Positions 37,761-50,634 of a stretch of DNA of 64,000 bases are shown here, piece after piece. The notes below the pieces were generated by a model. That model was given only the letters and a program-made list of their open reading frames with translations, did no database searches and was not told the DNA's origin. A program made the translations under genes and the position numbers. The DNA is from Eledone cirrhosa (taxonomy: Eukaryota): assembly GCA_964016885.1 (NCBI GenBank), contig OZ024743.1, positions 344,968,001 through 345,032,000 of the forward strand, written 5' to 3'. The first letter of the stretch is position 1. The number at the start of each line of letters is the position of its first letter.

Positions 37761-40700
37761 ATTATTTCTACCCTTCAAAATCTATTTATATCAGATATAT
37801 ATCAAACATGGACAACAATATTATGAAAACGAGTCACCGAAAAAAAAACACCAGGTCACTGGAGCTGCTACAACTATTACAAAATATCCCTTAAACCATG
37901 TACTTTGAAATGGTCGTACACATTGGGAAATGTATTTCTAGATAAACTAAAAAAAACAGAGGCACATTTAATTTGAAATCTGTTCATCCAGAGTTGATCT
38001 GGGGCGAAACGTTGACATTATGAGCAATTAATGAATGAAAAAAACTTAACATGGTCACTGAACATTCTAGTAAAAAATAGCCAAATCTTTCTAAAATCAC
38101 ACACTGCATTCTTTAGAAAAGGGTGAGTTCATAGCTGGAACATAATGATATTTTTGTTCAATCGGGGTTGACATGAGCTTAAACAACAAAAACAATATCA
38201 TCGATCGAAACTTCCTTGAATGAAATGCGTCATGTAGCCGATATCATCGTAAAGGTAAGTCATATATAATCTTCTTTCATAATAAATATTATAATCGTTT
38301 TTGGTTCAAACATAATATGCCGATATATAATTGCGACATCTGCCTCCTTTTCAAAGAGAGAAAATATTGGGAGTAGCTTGTGATTTCAAAAGACAACAGA
38401 AACTAACTGAACCGAAAACTGTCTACCACATCATACTAACCATCCCCTGAAATATGATATATTAAATTCCTATAAGAAGATAAACAAACGAAATATAACG
38501 CTACTAGGTTGACATATGACAAAGTACTTGTTTCAGAGAATAAATCAGAAGTTTGGGTAAAATAATGATGCAGCATTCCAATTAACACTTCTATTAACTG
38601 CAGACCTAACAAACCGGATGTTATTCTATAGAAAAGAGAACAAAACTTAAAACAAGTATAGCTAACGAAAGGAAGTAATTGGGCACGAAAATTATATCGC
38701 ATCTATATGCAACGAAGTGGAAAATATTTATGAGCAGTCGCTACCCTTTATATCCTGATTGTAGATTCGCATATTTATCTGTAATTATTGTGAAAATTGG
38801 TTATACAATTGCATGTCAACCTGCAATTGCATTAGTTAATTTTTACTCGAGCAAAATTCATGTAATATTTTGTCGGGTTTCTATATAGAAGAAGCTGATG
38901 CTCACTATCAAATAAATTGGAATGATATAAACACTATTATTTATCAATGTGTTACAATAAACCAACAGTTTTGAATTGCTTGGTCAGAAAAGGAAGCACA
39001 GTGCATATGACGTTTTTTTTTATGCAAAACCTTCATGGCTGGTGGTAGAAATTATGAATGAAACAGCACCTCGTGTGTAACATCGGATCAGAGATCAGTT
39101 AATATCTCCCACGAAATAACAATGGTTGAAGTTAAACCAGATAATGTTAAACATTCGACTCAATTTAACTAATAAAATGTTGCTCAACACGAGATTATGG
39201 CAGCAGACAGCTCAAAATGTTAAGCATCAGTGTATCCGTAACTATTACGACGCGAACCTCTTAATCACACCACCATGTTTGCGATGTTTATACTGTTTAT
39301 TCGAATTATTATATACTAGTTTATGCAGACTATTTCCAACCTGATTGTTATATCCAGAGAATTACAGCGAAAAGCAAGCAAGATGAAGGCACACATCTAA
39401 ACAATTTAGCGTATATGTAGTTTCTAACGCAAGCGTAAGGACAGTAATTTGATTAGAGGACTCAATCGATTAAGTCAACCCCAACACTTAATTGGTACTT
39501 TATTTTATCGATCTAAGAAGTAAAACGTCGGAACAAATAACGTATAGTATTTTATCCGATGGTCTAACAATTCCACCAAACATATTCCTCACAGTGTATA
39601 ATAATGATAATTTCTCCTCTAAAACATTCAGACAAATTATTTATAGTAAGTTGTTTACATTTTACTTCAAATATATATTATTCAAATTCACAGTCTCACT
39701 TTTGAAAAATCGGTAATTTAACAATATAAATATGCAAGTATTTCTCCGATTACGCCACATTGCTTCACACATTTTCGTCTGAGATTTGACATTTTGTTAA
39801 AAAGATCTCCAAGGAAAATTTGTTTCCTAGCAAATAAGGACATGCGTGATGGATGGCAATGCATTTTATTTGAGAAACAAGACAAGAGTAGCAACTATAA
39901 TGTCACGACCTAATGCATCCATCTGGATTTGATTACATGATCTGATAGCAATAGGGGCCTACAGTTTTAAGAAAGGAATCGAAATATTGAATTATGTAAT
40001 ATTATATATTATATAAATTATTTTAAATGTTTTGTCAGGGAGGAATTGGCAATGCCTATGGCTGTTTTCAAAGCCCCCGAGTGAGGTGGAAAAGAGGGAG
40101 GAGGGTAAAAATCCTAAAATCGTAAATCTTAGCTAAATGCCTTCTAAAAGGATTTTACTAAACTCACTCATTGCTGGGGTAATGGTGTTATACCAGGTGA
40201 TGAATTAAGTCAACCACCCAAAATTGATATATTAAAATATACGAAGGATAAAAAGCATGATAAACTAAGACTAAGCATCACAGCAACATTAACTCCAACA
40301 ATATGAATACAAAAGAATGGCCATCTCTGTATTAGCTAACTGAAAATACTAAATTCCAAATTGATGATCATGCTATCTTTACAAGAAACACACACATATT
40401 TATATAAGAGAGGTATATTCAAATGTGTGGCCCTTAGGGAAATTTTGCACGGGATCATGCAGACAATGTATATTATACATTCAGAATCTGAGATCATACT
40501 AAATATTCTCTATAATTAGTTCCACCAGTGAGCAGTTTACAGCACGAAATAAGGCTTCGTGGAAGTGAAGACATCGAAGCAGTTTCATTTTCTGCTGGAA
40601 TACATTTCAGTTCAATTACACAATATATACCCTTGGGTGGAAAAATGAGGAACCCCAGACTTAGAATTTCAAAATTAAATGCTTTGTAATTAGCAGTTAT

Positions 40701-40920
40701 GGCTGGAAGAGGAGATACTAATGAGGTTTTGTGTGGTTCCCTTATAGATACAGGCTGGTCGTCATAGCGATTAAAAATGGTAGTATCATACAGAGCTAGG
40801 GGTAATATTGTATTCAAGGAATACTCTCCCTGCTTCAAATTCACATTTGGAGAAGGCTACAGGAAATCAATCGGCATATTGTTTCCATCAATACCATCAT
40901 GCTCTCAGAACAAATCTCAT

Positions 40921-41110
40921 TAATTGTTTCTACGTTAGGCACAAGGCCAGCAAATACCCAGTGTATTACTGGTACTTTATTTTATCGACCCCGTAAGGAT
41001 GAATGTCAAAGTTAACCTTGGCGGGATTTGAACTCAGAATGGCAAGGGCCGTAACTCTATGCGTCAAAGCATGGCGTCCGACCCTCTACCGATACTGCCA
41101 ATCCACCGCC
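40921..41110 (-). mobile_element. tRNA-derived SINE family A with TSD
   Basis: Full match; TSD CAGAACAAATCTC(A/T)TTAAT at 40906-40924 and 41111-41129. Confidence 0.9.
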
Positions 41111-41192
41111 CAGAACAAATCTCTTTAATGTCAATCTTGTATTCTGAGCCATTCGTATTTGGTAAAATAAATACTAGTAATATAAGCGTAAC

Positions 41193-41460
41193 AGTGAACA
41201 CGCGTAGTCTAATGGTTAATATGTTGGACAGATGATCATACTTACATGGGTCCTTTCCTGGACCAAGTTGCGCGTTGTGTTCTTGAGCAAAACACTTCAT
41301 TTTACGTTGCTCCAATGCATTCAGCAATAGCTGAAAGTTAACCCTAGAATAGACTGATATCCCGGCCAGGTAAGAGTCTTGTACATTCAGTTGCTTAACA
41401 CTGAAGTAAATCGAAAACTGGTATAAGCACCCGGTTTGATAGCTTAGGGTAGACTTTAAC
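41193..41460 (+). mobile_element. Diverged SINE family B-type copy
   Basis: Core TTCTTGAGCAAAACACTTCATTTTACGTTGCTCC. Confidence 0.6.
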
Positions 41461-41644
41461 TTAAAAAGAAATATATAATGGTAAACAATTGAGTTCACAT
41501 TATTTCCTCCCTAACCCATTGGTATTCTTGATTTTTTTACCTCCTAAAAAAGAAATCAACATTAGAAATTTGTACATCTACTGTATGTTTACACATGTTT
41601 TATTCCTAGTAGTATTAATTTGACAGACACATAAAAGTATTATT

Positions 41645-41832
41645 GGTGGATTGGCAGTATCGGTAGAGGGTCGGACGCCATGCTTTGCAGCACAGTTACG
41701 TCCCTTTACGGATTGCGTTCAAATCCCGCCGAGGTTATCTTTTCTTTTCATCCTTACGGGGTCAATAAAATAAATTACCAGTAATACACTGGGATAATTG
41801 CTGGCCTTGTGCCAGAAGTAGAAACAATTATT
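41645..41832 (+). mobile_element. tRNA-derived SINE family A
   Basis: Colinear with the other copies; ATTATT at both ends. Confidence 0.88.
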
Positions 41833-42026
41833 AGAAACATCTGGTTCAGTGAAGCAAATGATTAGAAATAGGGTAACACTTCTTGATTAATAATATATAG
41901 AGGGTGAGGATTAAAAGGCTTTAATGCAATAGTTTATATACTGCAATAGTTTGTGAAAATCAGATTTGACTAGGAAGGTGTATAACATTGGATGTGAAAC
42001 AAATGAACACCTCGTATCCCTCTTCT

Positions 42027-42061
<35 letters not shown>

Positions 42062-42163
42062 GTGTGTGTGTGTGTGTGTTTGTGTGTGTATGGATGTATA
42101 TATATATATACATACATACACACAGACATATATATATTATATATATATATGTATATATATATA

Positions 42164-42199
<36 letters not shown>

Positions 42200-42213
42200 T
42201 ATATATATATATA

Positions 42214-42252
<39 letters not shown>

Positions 42253-42464
42253 GTTAAAGTGTACATCTACATATGTATACGGAAGTATTAGTATGCATAT
42301 AAATACACACATGTATACATCTGTACATGTACTCAGTTTTTCACTAGACACTTTACAGTGAGTGTCAGCTAGTCTGTATGTAACCACACAGACGGACCGG
42401 GTTTTAGAGTCATACGAGGTTTCAAGGAAACACATTTCCTCTATTCTCCAGAGGGCCAGACAGG

Positions 42465-42509
42465 AATATTGGACTAGTTTCGATGTTATTACATCTCATC
42501 AGCAATATT
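42465..42509 (-). ncRNA. Canonical minimal type I hammerhead ribozyme (H10)
   Basis: aatattg-CTGATGA-gatgt-aata-acatc-GAAA-CTAG-TC/caatatt: 7-bp helix I, G10.1-C11.1, palindromic CUAG, GUC triplet. Confidence 0.88.
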
Positions 42510-42682
42510 TACCCATCTTCGTCAGTCATACAAAAGTGAGTTAGAAGCGAAACGAAATTTAATTTCGTTTCGTTATTTGTTTTTATATATATATAATTAT
42601 ATATATATATATATATAATTATATATATATATATATATATATAATTATATATATATATATATATATATAATTATATATATAT

Positions 42683-42780
<98 letters not shown>

Positions 42781-42789
42781 GTTATTCCG

Positions 42790-42824
42790 GTTTGCGTTTA
42801 TCTTAGGGCAAGTGACATTTATAG

Positions 42825-42862
<38 letters not shown>

Positions 42863-42897
42863 CTATAAATGTCACTTGCCCTAAGATAAACGCAAAC
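42790..42897. repeat. ~39-bp inverted duplication around (AT)n
   Basis: GTTTGCGTTTATCTTAGGGCAAGTGACATTTATAGCTGT-(AT)n-ACAGCTATAAATGTCACTTGCCCTAAGATAAACGCAAAC. Confidence 0.95.
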
Positions 42898-43871
42898 AAG
42901 TTGACACCAAAGCAATCATACCCTTCAGGACCACCATACCCAGAAGTCTCCCACCATAAGACCACGTAGATTTAGATCAAGTATTGAAAGTGAGCGATGG
43001 TCGTTATAATGCTACAGCTGTCGGAGAATGTATTATCTGCAGAATTTTGCAACGGTTATTACCCTAATAGCTAACTGGCACAGAACCAGAACACCCATCA
43101 AAAAATAAAAGTTGACTATATACCCTCAACTAAAACGAATAGATACAGAAACTGTCCCTAAAATAAACTGTTACCTTAACGATTAAAGTAGAACCAAGGC
43201 AATAAAACCTAGCAATTATCCATTAACTTGATCCATCCACTTCTGAACATCAACGACCCGCTTAATGAATAGATAAATTCGATGAAAATTAAAATGACAT
43301 CAAGCCAAATCCTCGTTGAAACCTCTAACCCTTTCTCCCTCCCCACTCCTACCACAATCATCAACACAACCAATCTAACTATTAACAATGAAAAAGATCA
43401 GGACGAATATATAAGCGAATTAAAGCAGAATGAAAACAGCACGAATGAACCAATCAACCTCGACAAACAATTGAAACAACTAACAGGTAAACTAAAGTCA
43501 TAAGCTTGAAGCAAAAGTAAACAACATGAAAGTATATATATGAAAGTATAAATAAAATTAGAAACTTACACTATATAACACAAATATTCCTGTTAACCCC
43601 ATCAAAAAAATTATGAGATCGAGTTTGAACCGAATGATATAAGTAAAAAAAACAACACTAAATAGTTAACATTAGATTGTAAGTTATTTAAAAACAAAGG
43701 CTTAAATTCGTGTAAATTATTAAAATAAAGTGCAACAGTAACGCACTTCTGTCACCACGTATTTATCGATTAGTGAAATCAACACATATATACAGACATA
43801 ATGCTGTGTTAGTGATGCTGCTAACATATAGATACACAAACGCATTCACACAGTCACACACACAAACACAG

Positions 43872-43908
<37 letters not shown>

Positions 43909-43965
43909 AACAAGGTTCCAGGTTGTGAAACTGAACATGAAAACCTGTGGTTGTCAAAGACATGC

Positions 43966-43998
<33 letters not shown>

Positions 43999-44001
<3 letters not shown>

Positions 44002-44831
44002 GAAATTAATATGTCCAAGGGTACTAAGTACCCCTAGAAATACATAGATTGTCTATGATTCAAGGTTGTTCAATAGTATTAATTTGACATACCAGAACTA
44101 TAATATTAAGATAAGCAGAACAAGCAAAATTCAACCAATTTTAAAAAAATAAATAAAAAAATATAATATAAATATTTACCTCTTCTAATTGATGAACTTT
44201 GGTTTTCCATTAGATATCCATTGGATTTCTGATGTTTTACAAAGCGAAACTGATCAGTAAGGGCTATTAGAAGAAGTAAATATTTATATTATATTTTTTA
44301 ATTTATTTTAAAAAATTGGTTGAATTTTGCTTGTTCTGGTTATCTTAATATTATAGTTCTGGTATGTCAAATTAATACCATTGAACAACCTTGTATCATA
44401 GACAACCTATGTATTTCTAGGGGTACTTAGTACCCTTGGACATATTAACTTCATTTATTATTAACTCCGTTATGTAGAGAACAAATCCGTTGTTCTATTT
44501 AGCTGCTATTTTTTTAGTAGTAATATAGACAACACGTCTATGGTTTCCCGCTTTTACTTCAGACCGGTTCACATACGCGTCACTTTCACGACCTTATCAG
44601 ACCCGTGTTAGCTGGCAGAAGGCGATATATTTTATCGTTCCTGGGTCTTTAGCCCTAGGAAAGGAAAATGCTTCTCTGATGAACTTTGGTTTTCCATTAG
44701 ATATCCATTGGATTTCTGATATTTTACAAAGCGAAACTGATCAGTAAAGGCCATTAGAAGAGGTAAATATTTATATTATATTTTTTAATTTATTTAAAAA
44801 AATTGGTTGAATTTTGCTTGTTCTGCTTATC

Positions 44832-44835
<4 letters not shown>
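43999..44835. mobile_element. Family H1 subfamily: inverted piece plus ~1.3 units of 487 bp
   Basis: Homologous to 3942-4830; 43999-44189 is inverted; GAAA cores at 44246 and 44733; flanked by (TA)n. Confidence 0.85.
44671..44751 (+). ncRNA. Type I hammerhead ribozyme (H1 subfamily)
   Basis: CTGATGA-a-ctttg...caaag-c-GAAA-CTGATCAG-TA; helix I is weak in this copy. Confidence 0.65.
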
Positions 44836-44873
<38 letters not shown>

Positions 44874-44884
44874 CATGTATGTAT

Positions 44885-47600
44885 GTTCTTCTGGTTTTAT
44901 AATTTCACAAATTTTTGCCAATAGAGAGAGAGTCGGTTTCTAACATAGACACAAGACTCTCTCATTGGATATTTACACATCAACTAGGTAGATATATATG
45001 CACATCTGCATGCATGTGTAGATATGGATGATATTGTATGTGTGGATGTGTATATGCTTAGTATCTGTACATGTGTATGTGCAGTTATTAGATGCAAAGT
45101 TTTGGGAATGTTTTACATATTTTTACTGTCCCATTAATGGATTGTACTTGTAATTTCCTATCTAGTTGTGTTCTTTCTGTTCCTGTGAAGCCCAGCTTCT
45201 CAAGATTTGTATTGAGGCAGTTACTAACATATCCCAGTGCCCCAATAATCACCGGCATAAATCTGAAGGTATAATCATGGTGGAGTATCTGCAGATTTCT
45301 CATCAGTTCTGCATAAATGTTCTCCTTTTCGCTAATCTTTGATATGATATTGGCATCTGTTGGACAGCTAACTTCCACTACTGTACATGCCTTCTTTTTC
45401 CTGTCCAATATCATAATATGTGGTCTGTTATGTCTGCATTTGATTGGGGTTTTTACTGAACATTCCACCAGTACTCTTTCATATTATGTATATGTATGTC
45501 TTCCACATTGCTGTAGCTTTTAATGTGTTTATTATCGGGGCTATCTTTTCTACGGATTGCATTGTACAGTGTTTTGGCCACTACATCATGGCTCATATGT
45601 AGATAGTAGCGTGATGACATCTTTGGACAGCTGCTGATGACATGGGTGACATCTTCGATGTTAATTCTGAAGAGTCTGCACTTCTTATCACATCTAGGTG
45701 TTTTTCCTGCATCCCTATCTCTTTTGTGAATCAGGTATTTCGTGTTGATTTCCTGTTCTTGGATTGCAAAAGCGTATCCTTCAAAGTGGGAGCCAATATA
45801 GCGGTTGTTAGTCCAAGATAGACTACTTATTTTCATCTATATTACTCTCACTCTGGATCTTCCTGGCAACATATCCATATATGATGTTTTGCTGATAAGT
45901 ATGCAGTATTTCATCCATGGATTCACTGCGATACTGCTGAGCAACTTCCATGGGTGTGAGTTTTTGATTATCACACAGGGAATATCTCTCGAGGAGTTCC
46001 TTCCCAACTCTCATGATCTTATTTGTTTCATGCAGATAGACTTGCTCGAGAAGCGGGCTCCTACGCTTCGAGGTTCGTAGATGTTGTCGGAGGGATATGA
46101 TGTGACATTCAAATGTTGTCTGGACTGATGTTAGGCCTCTGCCTCCCTGCTTACGTTTCAAATAAAGGCGATTATGTCACTGTTCATGTGGAAGTTTCCG
46201 GTATTGTTTAGTATTTTTCGAGTTCTAACATCAATCGCTCTGATTTCGTCTATCGTCCAATTGAGTATTCCAAAAGTTGGTGTTAGGACAGGCACAGCAA
46301 ACACATTGTAAGCCACTGTTTCGCGCAGAGAGTTCCGATGACCATATCTTTCTTAATCGGGTGTAGTATTCCCTGGTTACGCGTTCCTTATTACATATAC
46401 CATTTTAGGATATGTTCTCATCTATACCCAGGTATCTGTAGCAGTCCTCTTCAGATATTGGTGAAACAGTTAGGCCATTGATACAAATGTTGCTAGACTG
46501 GGTTGTTGTTTTACCCCGCTTTACAGTCATATATGAGCATTTATCTTGGCCAAACTCCATTCCTATATCCTTTGAGAATGTTGTAATCAGGTCAAGATTT
46601 TTCTTCATCCCATCCATGTTTTCAGATCATCCATAAAGAAAATATGGGTTAGGTTCGTATTTCTGTCCTCCTGTGAACCAATGATGTATCCTTCACATTT
46701 CTTGAGCAGAAAGGACAAGGGGTTTAATGAAAGGATGAATAATATCACAGAGAGACTATCTCCCTAAAATATTCCCCTGCTATATTTTATTTTAACAGTG
46801 AAAATAGAGTCCTCCTTCCCTGTCTTTAACTTTAGGATAATGGCCCAAGAAGAAGAGAGCTTTTCTATGACTCTGATAATAATGTCTGGAACTTTAGAAA
46901 GTCGGAGGGCCTCTATCATCCAAGAGTGGGGAACAGAATCGAAAGCTTACCTGTAGTCCAGTCAGACTGTAGTCAGATTCCTCCTAATTTGTCGCACCTC
47001 CGACATCGCAGTTTTGTTGATTTGGAGTTGTTCAGCACATCCCCAAACCCCTTTCTTTCCAGCTGCTTGTTTATCTGTGATGATGTTATTTTTGTTGTAG
47101 TGTAGGAGCAATAGTTCTTTTGGATTTCTTTCAGCCACGCTGCATCTTTGTTGAAATTCTTCTTTTCATCCCATATTTTTCTCCAAAAGTAATCTGTCTT
47201 TCTGGGATGGGGCCTCAGTGCCCTTCATATCTCTATAGACTTATTGTTGGTTTCGTCTGAATCTTTTATTAAGCACTTTTCTTTCATCTACCTTCTTCAG
47301 GTATCGGCGTTTTTCGCTAACAGCTCTCAATTCTTGTTTGAGGGTGATCAGCTTATATTTAAAAGTTCTGGTTCTACTGTTACCAACCATCGTCTCTATT
47401 TTATTTTTCACTCTTTGTTGGTGAGGAGTGAAGTTTTTTTGTGCTTGTTTGCATGCAAGGAGCATTGTCACATATCCTATGGTTTTTTCGTAGGTCAGCA
47501 ATCTTTTTTTCTATTTTAGTTATATATGATGGTATTTTTGGTGGTGTTTTGTTCTTATTAATATCTCTGCTATCACCAAGATAATGCTTCACTTAGGCAT
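44885..47600 (-). mobile_element. Degenerate R4/Dong-like RLE LINE, family B (RT, CCHC knuckle, RLE, 3' UTR)
   Basis: AFDSVPHSW, RGIF*GDSLSVILF, THIFFMDDLK, GGRGL, CRL..EDVTHVISSC, RPHIMILD..VVEVSCP; (ACAT)n tail. Confidence 0.9.
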
Positions 47601-47945
47601 ATAAACAGGCATTGATTTGCCAAAATGTTGGGGTTTTTATCCGTCGTAAATATTTACCCCCTATTTCGTCAATAACACGTCATTATTTGTTTTTTTTATT
47701 AAATATTGTTGTTTTAAAACGTTCAGCAAGAGAAATGATTATACATGAATTAATTTCTCTCTGGAAGATTTCGTTGAGGGAAATTTTCAATTGTTATACT
47801 TTTAATTATTATAATTATCGATAGTATTTTCCACAATAGTCGAGGTAAACTCGGATGGTACACGTGGTGTCAAATTTCTTCGATTATTATTTTATTATCG
47901 ATAGTGTTTTCCCTAGCATTCGAGGTAGACTTAGATGGTACACGT

Positions 47946-49105
47946 GGAGAGATAAATAAAGAAAAAAGAGGAAAGAAAAAAGAAAAAAGAAAAAAGAGGA
48001 AAGAAAAAAGAAAAAAAAGAAAAAAGAAAAAAGAAAAAAGAAAAAAGAAAAAAGAAAAGAAAAAAGAAAAAAGAAGAAAAAAGAAAAAAAAGAAAAAAAA
48101 GAAAAAAAAGAAAAAAAAGAAGAAAAAAGAAAAAAGAAAAAAGAAAAAAGAAAAAAGAAAAAAGAAAAAAGAAAAAAGAAAAAAGAGAAAAGAGAAAAAA
48201 GAAAAAAGAAAAAAAGAAAAAAGAAAAAAGAAAAAAGAAAAAAGAATTACCTATCGTATAGCACGTACATATAGGCAAAGATACATAAATATATATATAC
48301 ACACACCTATGTGTACGTGCCTATATGTACGTGCCTATATGTACGTGCTATACGATAGGTAATTTCTCTAGCAATATATATATTTTGTGATGTTTAAATT
48401 CCAATTTTTAATATATTGATCTCAATTTTTAAACTAAATATCTAATCATAATTAAACAATGAGTAATTTCTCATATTATATATGTATATTCCATTCATGA
48501 ATATTAATATTTCTAATTTTATTTATTCATTTCATCTCAATTGTTAACTCAACTTAATATGACATGACTTAAGGTTTTCGTTCTATCCTCCTCTCTCTAT
48601 CTCTATATTTCTCTCTCTTGAGTTTTTTCTCTCTGTCTGGTGGTTTGATATCTCTCTGTTGTTTTCCTCTGTTTTCTCTTTTTCTTTTTTCTTTTTTCTC
48701 TTTTCTCTTTTCTCTTTTCTCTTTTCTCTTTTCTTTATTTATCTCTCCCTTTCTTTTCTCCACGTTTCTCTCTCTCTCTCCGTCTTTTTACTTATCCTTA
48801 ACACTACGACTTACTAAAATAAAATAAAACCACTATCCTGATGTCTTCCAAAAATAACGGTCGCATTTTGAAAGGGTACGTCAATGTTTATTTATAAAAC
48901 TGGTATATATTGTATTTTGTCTGATGAAGGCATACCATAATTTAACTTGGTATCCTTGAAATATGTATAATGAAATAAATATGGTTTTATAAATATAGTT
49001 TCCATTTGTTAATATCGTATATCTACTCCAAATACTTGTCGAGTGCTTTATATCAGTTATAAAAATATTTACTTGTTGTATCCCAACAATTTAAATAGAA
49101 CTTTT
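47946..49105. mobile_element. Family H4 PLE-like locus: inverted piece with expanded (GAAAAAA)n tract, inverted flank duplication, direct pLTR
   Basis: GGAGAGATAAATAAAGAAAA at 47946 is the reverse complement of ~48729-48748; 33-bp IR at 48245-48277/48332-48364; homolog of 4855-5180. Confidence 0.7.
48914..48976 (+). ncRNA. Type I hammerhead ribozyme (H4)
   Basis: attttgt-CTGATGA-aggcatacca-loop-tggtatcctt-GAAA-TATGTA-TA/atgaaat. Confidence 0.65.
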
Positions 49106-50474
49106 GCATATATATATATATGCGTGTGTGTGTATGTATGCATATATATTTATATATATATATAAAAAACCATGTTATCTCTGATTGATCGAGACGAAGC
49201 GATAGTGTATTTCAATACACATAAAAGTGAAAAAACTCATCGCTAGGGTAAACGTTAAAATAGCTAAATGCTGTCAAATACAGTGATGGGCAAAAATACC
49301 TCAAATTACAGAGACCAGCGACCTGTGACCAACAGAGAGACAATCCACAAGGTGTGTGACAGGCAAATGAAATATAGAAAAGATTGAGAGAGGAAAAGGG
49401 CAAGGAGAAGTGTGTTGGTGCATAGAAGTGACTGGATTTATTTTTTCTTTTGTACGATCCAGCATTTAAAATGGCACCCTCATTTAAATCAAACGAAAAC
49501 AGTTTGCCGGTTTGAGAGCTGATGAGGATGGAGAGTTGTGTGTGTGTAAACTTCTCTTTTACATCATCTTTCTTTATTTCCTTCTTCTAGTCACTTCTCT
49601 TCCTCTTTCAATCTTTTCTATATTTCATCTACCTCTCACACACCTTGTGTATTGTCTCTCCGTTGACCACTAGCCGCTGGTTCTGTGCTCAGAGGAATAA
49701 AATGCTGGAAAGACAGACGAATCAAAGTAAATATAGAAGAAAGGAAGGGAGCGTATAGAATGAATCTTTTAAAGAAATAAATACGTAAATATAGATTCAC
49801 AGAGTGAATAGGTAGAAACAGATAGATATATATATTAAGATGCAGTTAGAAACAAATAGTTAGTATGAAATGAAAGCAGATGATAAATGGTGACTAAAAG
49901 AGGAAATGCAAGCAACAGAAGCCAAAGGCTGACAACATGAATAAAATGGTATCAAAAGTAAATAAGTAAGAGAAAAACGAAAAAAAAAAAAAAACCGTAG
50001 TTGATGAAAGTAAAAAAAAAAATCATAAATAGAAAAGCGGTAAAATGAAAAAGAATTAAGTGAAACTGAAAGTAACATGCATAAAATTGCAAGTAAAAAC
50101 AGAAATTAATACAAATGGTATCCAACAAACAGAAGTCAGCAATAACATCAGCAACGACAATTACTAACACAAACAGTAATGCAATAAAGAAAATTAAGTG
50201 AGAACTTAAAAACCAAGAAACATATGCAAAGCAATAACAATTACAGCAACAATGTCAAGAAGAACTACAACTAGTAAGAAGACAATGATAATAGTGGAAA
50301 CAACAAGAAAATTTAATGAAGAACAAAAAACATTTAGATGGAAATAAAGACAACAATACCAACGTGTCCATCGTCGTTCAGGTATACATGTTGAGAGAGA
50401 AAGGTGTCTTTTCAACTGCTGTTGAAATACAATTATACCAACAAGCTATGGACTGCACACAGTCATACAAAACG

Positions 50475-50517
<43 letters not shown>

Positions 50518-50592
50518 TAAAATAACAGATTAAAGTTTAAGCAAGGAATCGCTTAATCTTTGGATTTTAGTCTTCAAATTTATTATTATTAT

Positions 50593-50630
<38 letters not shown>

Positions 50631-50634
<4 letters not shown>

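Noticed and set aside
38200-40900. Host exons in the least repetitive stretch
   Set aside because: Only short ORFs without recognisable motifs; small exons cannot be excluded without RNA data.
42900-43720. 5' region of a PLE or other ORF (43282-43503)
   Set aside because: Composition is suggestive but no diagnostic motif was recognised.
47904-48362. Lysine-rich 152-aa protein
   Set aside because: Translation of the (GAAAAAA)n expansion.
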